A stretch of 63,297 nucleotides of DNA, the filler included, from Reclinomonas americana ATCC 50394 (Eukaryota), in assembly GCA_048213135.1 (NCBI GenBank). It is 9 parts of 7 records of this genome, joined end to end, with 100 filler letters (N's around TTAATTAATTAA, not from the genome) between each part and the next. Parts side by side here need not be neighbours in the genome. Positions count along the whole stretch, not along the records: positions 60,570 to 63,297 come from PS015922.1; 8 more parts are not named here. One strand, given 5' to 3'. Positions within the stretch are counted from its first letter, which is position 1; every line of letters begins with the position of its first letter. The notes beneath the pieces are model-generated. The model was not told where the DNA came from, made no database searches, and worked only from the letters and a program-made list of their open reading frames with translations. Positions 60,570 through 63,297 of the stretch are shown here, piece by piece. The position numbers and the translations under genes are program-made.

Positions 60570-63297
60570 GCGCCTGGTACTGCTTCTGCAGCTCCTTGGA
60601 CACGTACTGCGCGACGGCAACACAGTGAGAATCACACACTTTTCATCCCTCTCGCCCTGTCTTGCACTCACCTGCCAGCACTCGTCAATCACAGACTCCT
60701 TGGCCACAATGTTGACCACACCGGCGGCGTTCTCCGACGACATGTTGAACTTGGAAAAGTAATGCTCCACCTCCTCCTTGCGTCGAACGTACGTCACCCA
60801 CAACAGGAGCAGACAGGCCGAGGCGCGCACAGTCTCTGCGCGCAGCTTGACCTCGTGCTCGCCCGGCGACAGCACACTGACCAGCAGGTCATAGCATTGC
60901 TGCCACTGTAGACAATCGAATGAGAACACTGAAACATGCAAAACGGTGCGCGATTCTGGCCCTACAAAACCTCATCCGGTCGAATGTCGTCACTCCCCTC
61001 CTCTGTCGTGCCGTCCACACCACGTCGCAGCCGCATGGCCAGCGCGAAAGCAATGCGTCTCTTGATGAGGATCCATGGCATGCGCTGCGATTCGCGCTGC
61101 TCCATCGCCTCGAACAGGTTCTTCAGCACCACTAGACAGGCCGAGTACTGCTTCTCGCGGAACAGCATGTCGGCCACCGGAATCGCAAACCACGGCAGCA
61201 GCTGGCGATAGCGACTCAGGGTCTCCAGTTGCTGTCGCAGCATCTGCATGAGTTCAGGCATGTCTGTGACGATCTCTAAGTTGGCATCGTTGAGAATGCG
61301 CTCCGGGTGCTTCACAATGCGCTCGCCTGTACCACTCGAGACGTGAGAAATGGTTGCTCTCCCCTCACACACACACATTAGAAAACGCGCTCTCACCCAT
61401 GCGCAGCACGTGATAGTCGCTGAGACGGAGGAAGAACTGGCCGATGCGCGAACACATTGGACTCTCTGTCTCCTCGCCAAACTGGTACGCCTGTACCACC
61501 AACGAATTGAGAAGGAGAGAGACAGAGAGCGAGAGAGAAAAGAGTGGCTGAGAGCCTGACGGTGTACCTCAATGGCGCGCTCGGCCACCAGCTGATACTC
61601 GTTGATCACCCACAACGGGAACAGTACGCGACTGAGGAAGTACGCGCGAGTGGAGTTGTGCTCCTTGATGCCCACCAACTTGCAGCTGTGTGACAATCTC
61701 AGCAAGACTCGAACACAGGTGAGCATGAATTACCGCGGGTGGGTTGTACACACCACTCATCGTAGCAGCGCCAGGCGCTCCAGCGCTCGCCAAAAAGAGC
61801 ATAGTTGGTCATGGCCTCCACAAAGCCACTGACCACGGGGTCCACCACACGCGGGTACGACTGCAGGATGTTGCTGAAGCGCGGTCGATCGCTATCAAAC
61901 ACCTGCTCCATCGAGCGGAAGTGTTTGAGGGCCGTGCGCAGGTCACCAACTGTGCACACGTGCGAATGAGAAGACTGGGGAGGGAACGCAGGTTGACGAC
62001 ATACACACACAAAAACGCAACGCTCAGAGTAGTGCATGACACCGGTGCGGTGGCCGTCGATGAGACGACGTGCGTCGACCGGGCAGTCGAGGCTCCAAAT
62101 GTGTCCCTTCTTTCCCGGATCGAGGAAATCGCCCATGTACTCAACAATGCGCGTCCACACGTCGCACATTTGCCGCAAATGGCCGTCGCGATCCAAGTTC
62201 AGATACACAAACCACAAGTTCGACAGCACGTCATAGTGCGCCTCACGTGGGAAGAATGTCGCCTGCCACCCACGAAAGGTAAGCAACTCCGCGCACACAC
62301 ACACACGCTTCTCATGCCCGCCCGCCACGCAACATTCTCCAGCAAGCGGACCGCGTGGTGCAACACCGACTCGGTCTGCTCGTTGATGATGTTGCAGGCC
62401 AGCAGCGAGGTACTGAGCTGGCACACCAGGTTGAACTCAAACATTTGCATGTCACGATCTGGGCAGGAGGAGTCGAATGAGAAGGCATCGGCGGGCGAGG
62501 GACACCACGAAAACATGCACGCGCACCTTTGAAGCGACACTCGGCCAGCAGCTTCACGGCATTTTCCAGCGTGGAAATGGCCGCCCGCTCCATACTCGAA
62601 TCCACCATGCGCTGCGCGTGATCCTCCATGTAGCCGACGGCCTCGCGCACACTCGAACTCAGCTGTTTGTCTGCTCACAGTGTGTGTGTGTATGAGACAC
62701 AAGTGGTCGGTTGCAAATGATATACGCTCGATGAACGCAACTGTCGGCACGGTCGTCCGGAGCCACATGCATCAACGCATCCATGGTGGCATGGAAGGCA
62801 TGATGGGCAAGCTGATTGACAATGCCCGCCGATACCGAGTCGGTGTCCTCGCTGAGCTCCTTTTCCTTCAGCGGATCGTAGTCCGGCTGCGTGCATGCAG
62901 GTGTGTCAGTGAAGCGCAGCGAGGGCATGACGCGCAGCAGAATGACAGCGAGAGCGCACCGGCAGCAGGCGCTTGAACCAGTCGTAGATGAACTTGTGCG
63001 CCTTGCCACGTCGCGAAGGCATCATCTGATGGTACAGTGCGTACGCCGTCGTGTTGTGGTGGAACTCGTACATTTGCTACTCGTGGAGAGTGTGTGTTAG
63101 CGCACGACCGACGAAGCGAAGACACCGCACACACCAAACAAACCTCCTTGAACGGATACACAGTTCCAGTGTTCTCGACGCCCGACGGATCGCGTTGCAC
63201 CAGAATCTTCTCATCGACCAGGTGCTGCAACATGTTGTAGATTTCCTCCTCGGAGAAGTCCTCAGTGTCCACATGCGTCAGATTGAACACTTGCAGT
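60570..63297 (-). CDS. C-terminal helical/TPR-like part of a probable STAND-class NTPase (soluble adenylate cyclase / AAA_16-like); partial at both ends
   Basis: LQHLVDEKILVQ..YEFHHNTTAYALYHQMMPSRRGKAHKFIYDWF..QLAHHAFHA matches the L..L....ll..Y.F.H....a.Y......R...H..LA.H pattern that follows the P-loop in these proteins. The NTPase domain itself is not in the window. Confidence 0.6.

Overview
Intron-rich eukaryotic nuclear DNA, most likely from a heterotrophic protist (lineage not determinable). It is a draft scaffold with four sized N gaps and eight 100-nt N/TTAATTAATTAA spacers. The standard genetic code and GT-AG introns, mostly about 55-90 nt, fit all genes checked. About 15 protein genes were reconstructed by eye: a Pmp-repeat multi-pass membrane protein, organellar-type AlaRS, an EF-hand/WD40/pseudokinase, epsin, a TPR-SGNH protein, a low-complexity dsRBD protein, Tpt1, a PLAC8 protein, FBPase, a BPI/LBP protein with an inserted PA14 domain, an EF-hand fragment, an expanded Sgf11, an SDP1/TGL4-type lipase, a STAND-like protein and two hypotheticals. 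There is also one tRNA. The strongest unusual signal is two classes of 5' splice site. G|GTGCG is the usual donor, but more than 20 introns start with GTTGCG, always after a non-G exon base, which suggests systematic +1 shifted-register donor recognition. Next are a UAG-anticodon tRNA lacking the long variable arm and the BPI-PA14 fusion. Gene models are manual and unverified by transcripts.
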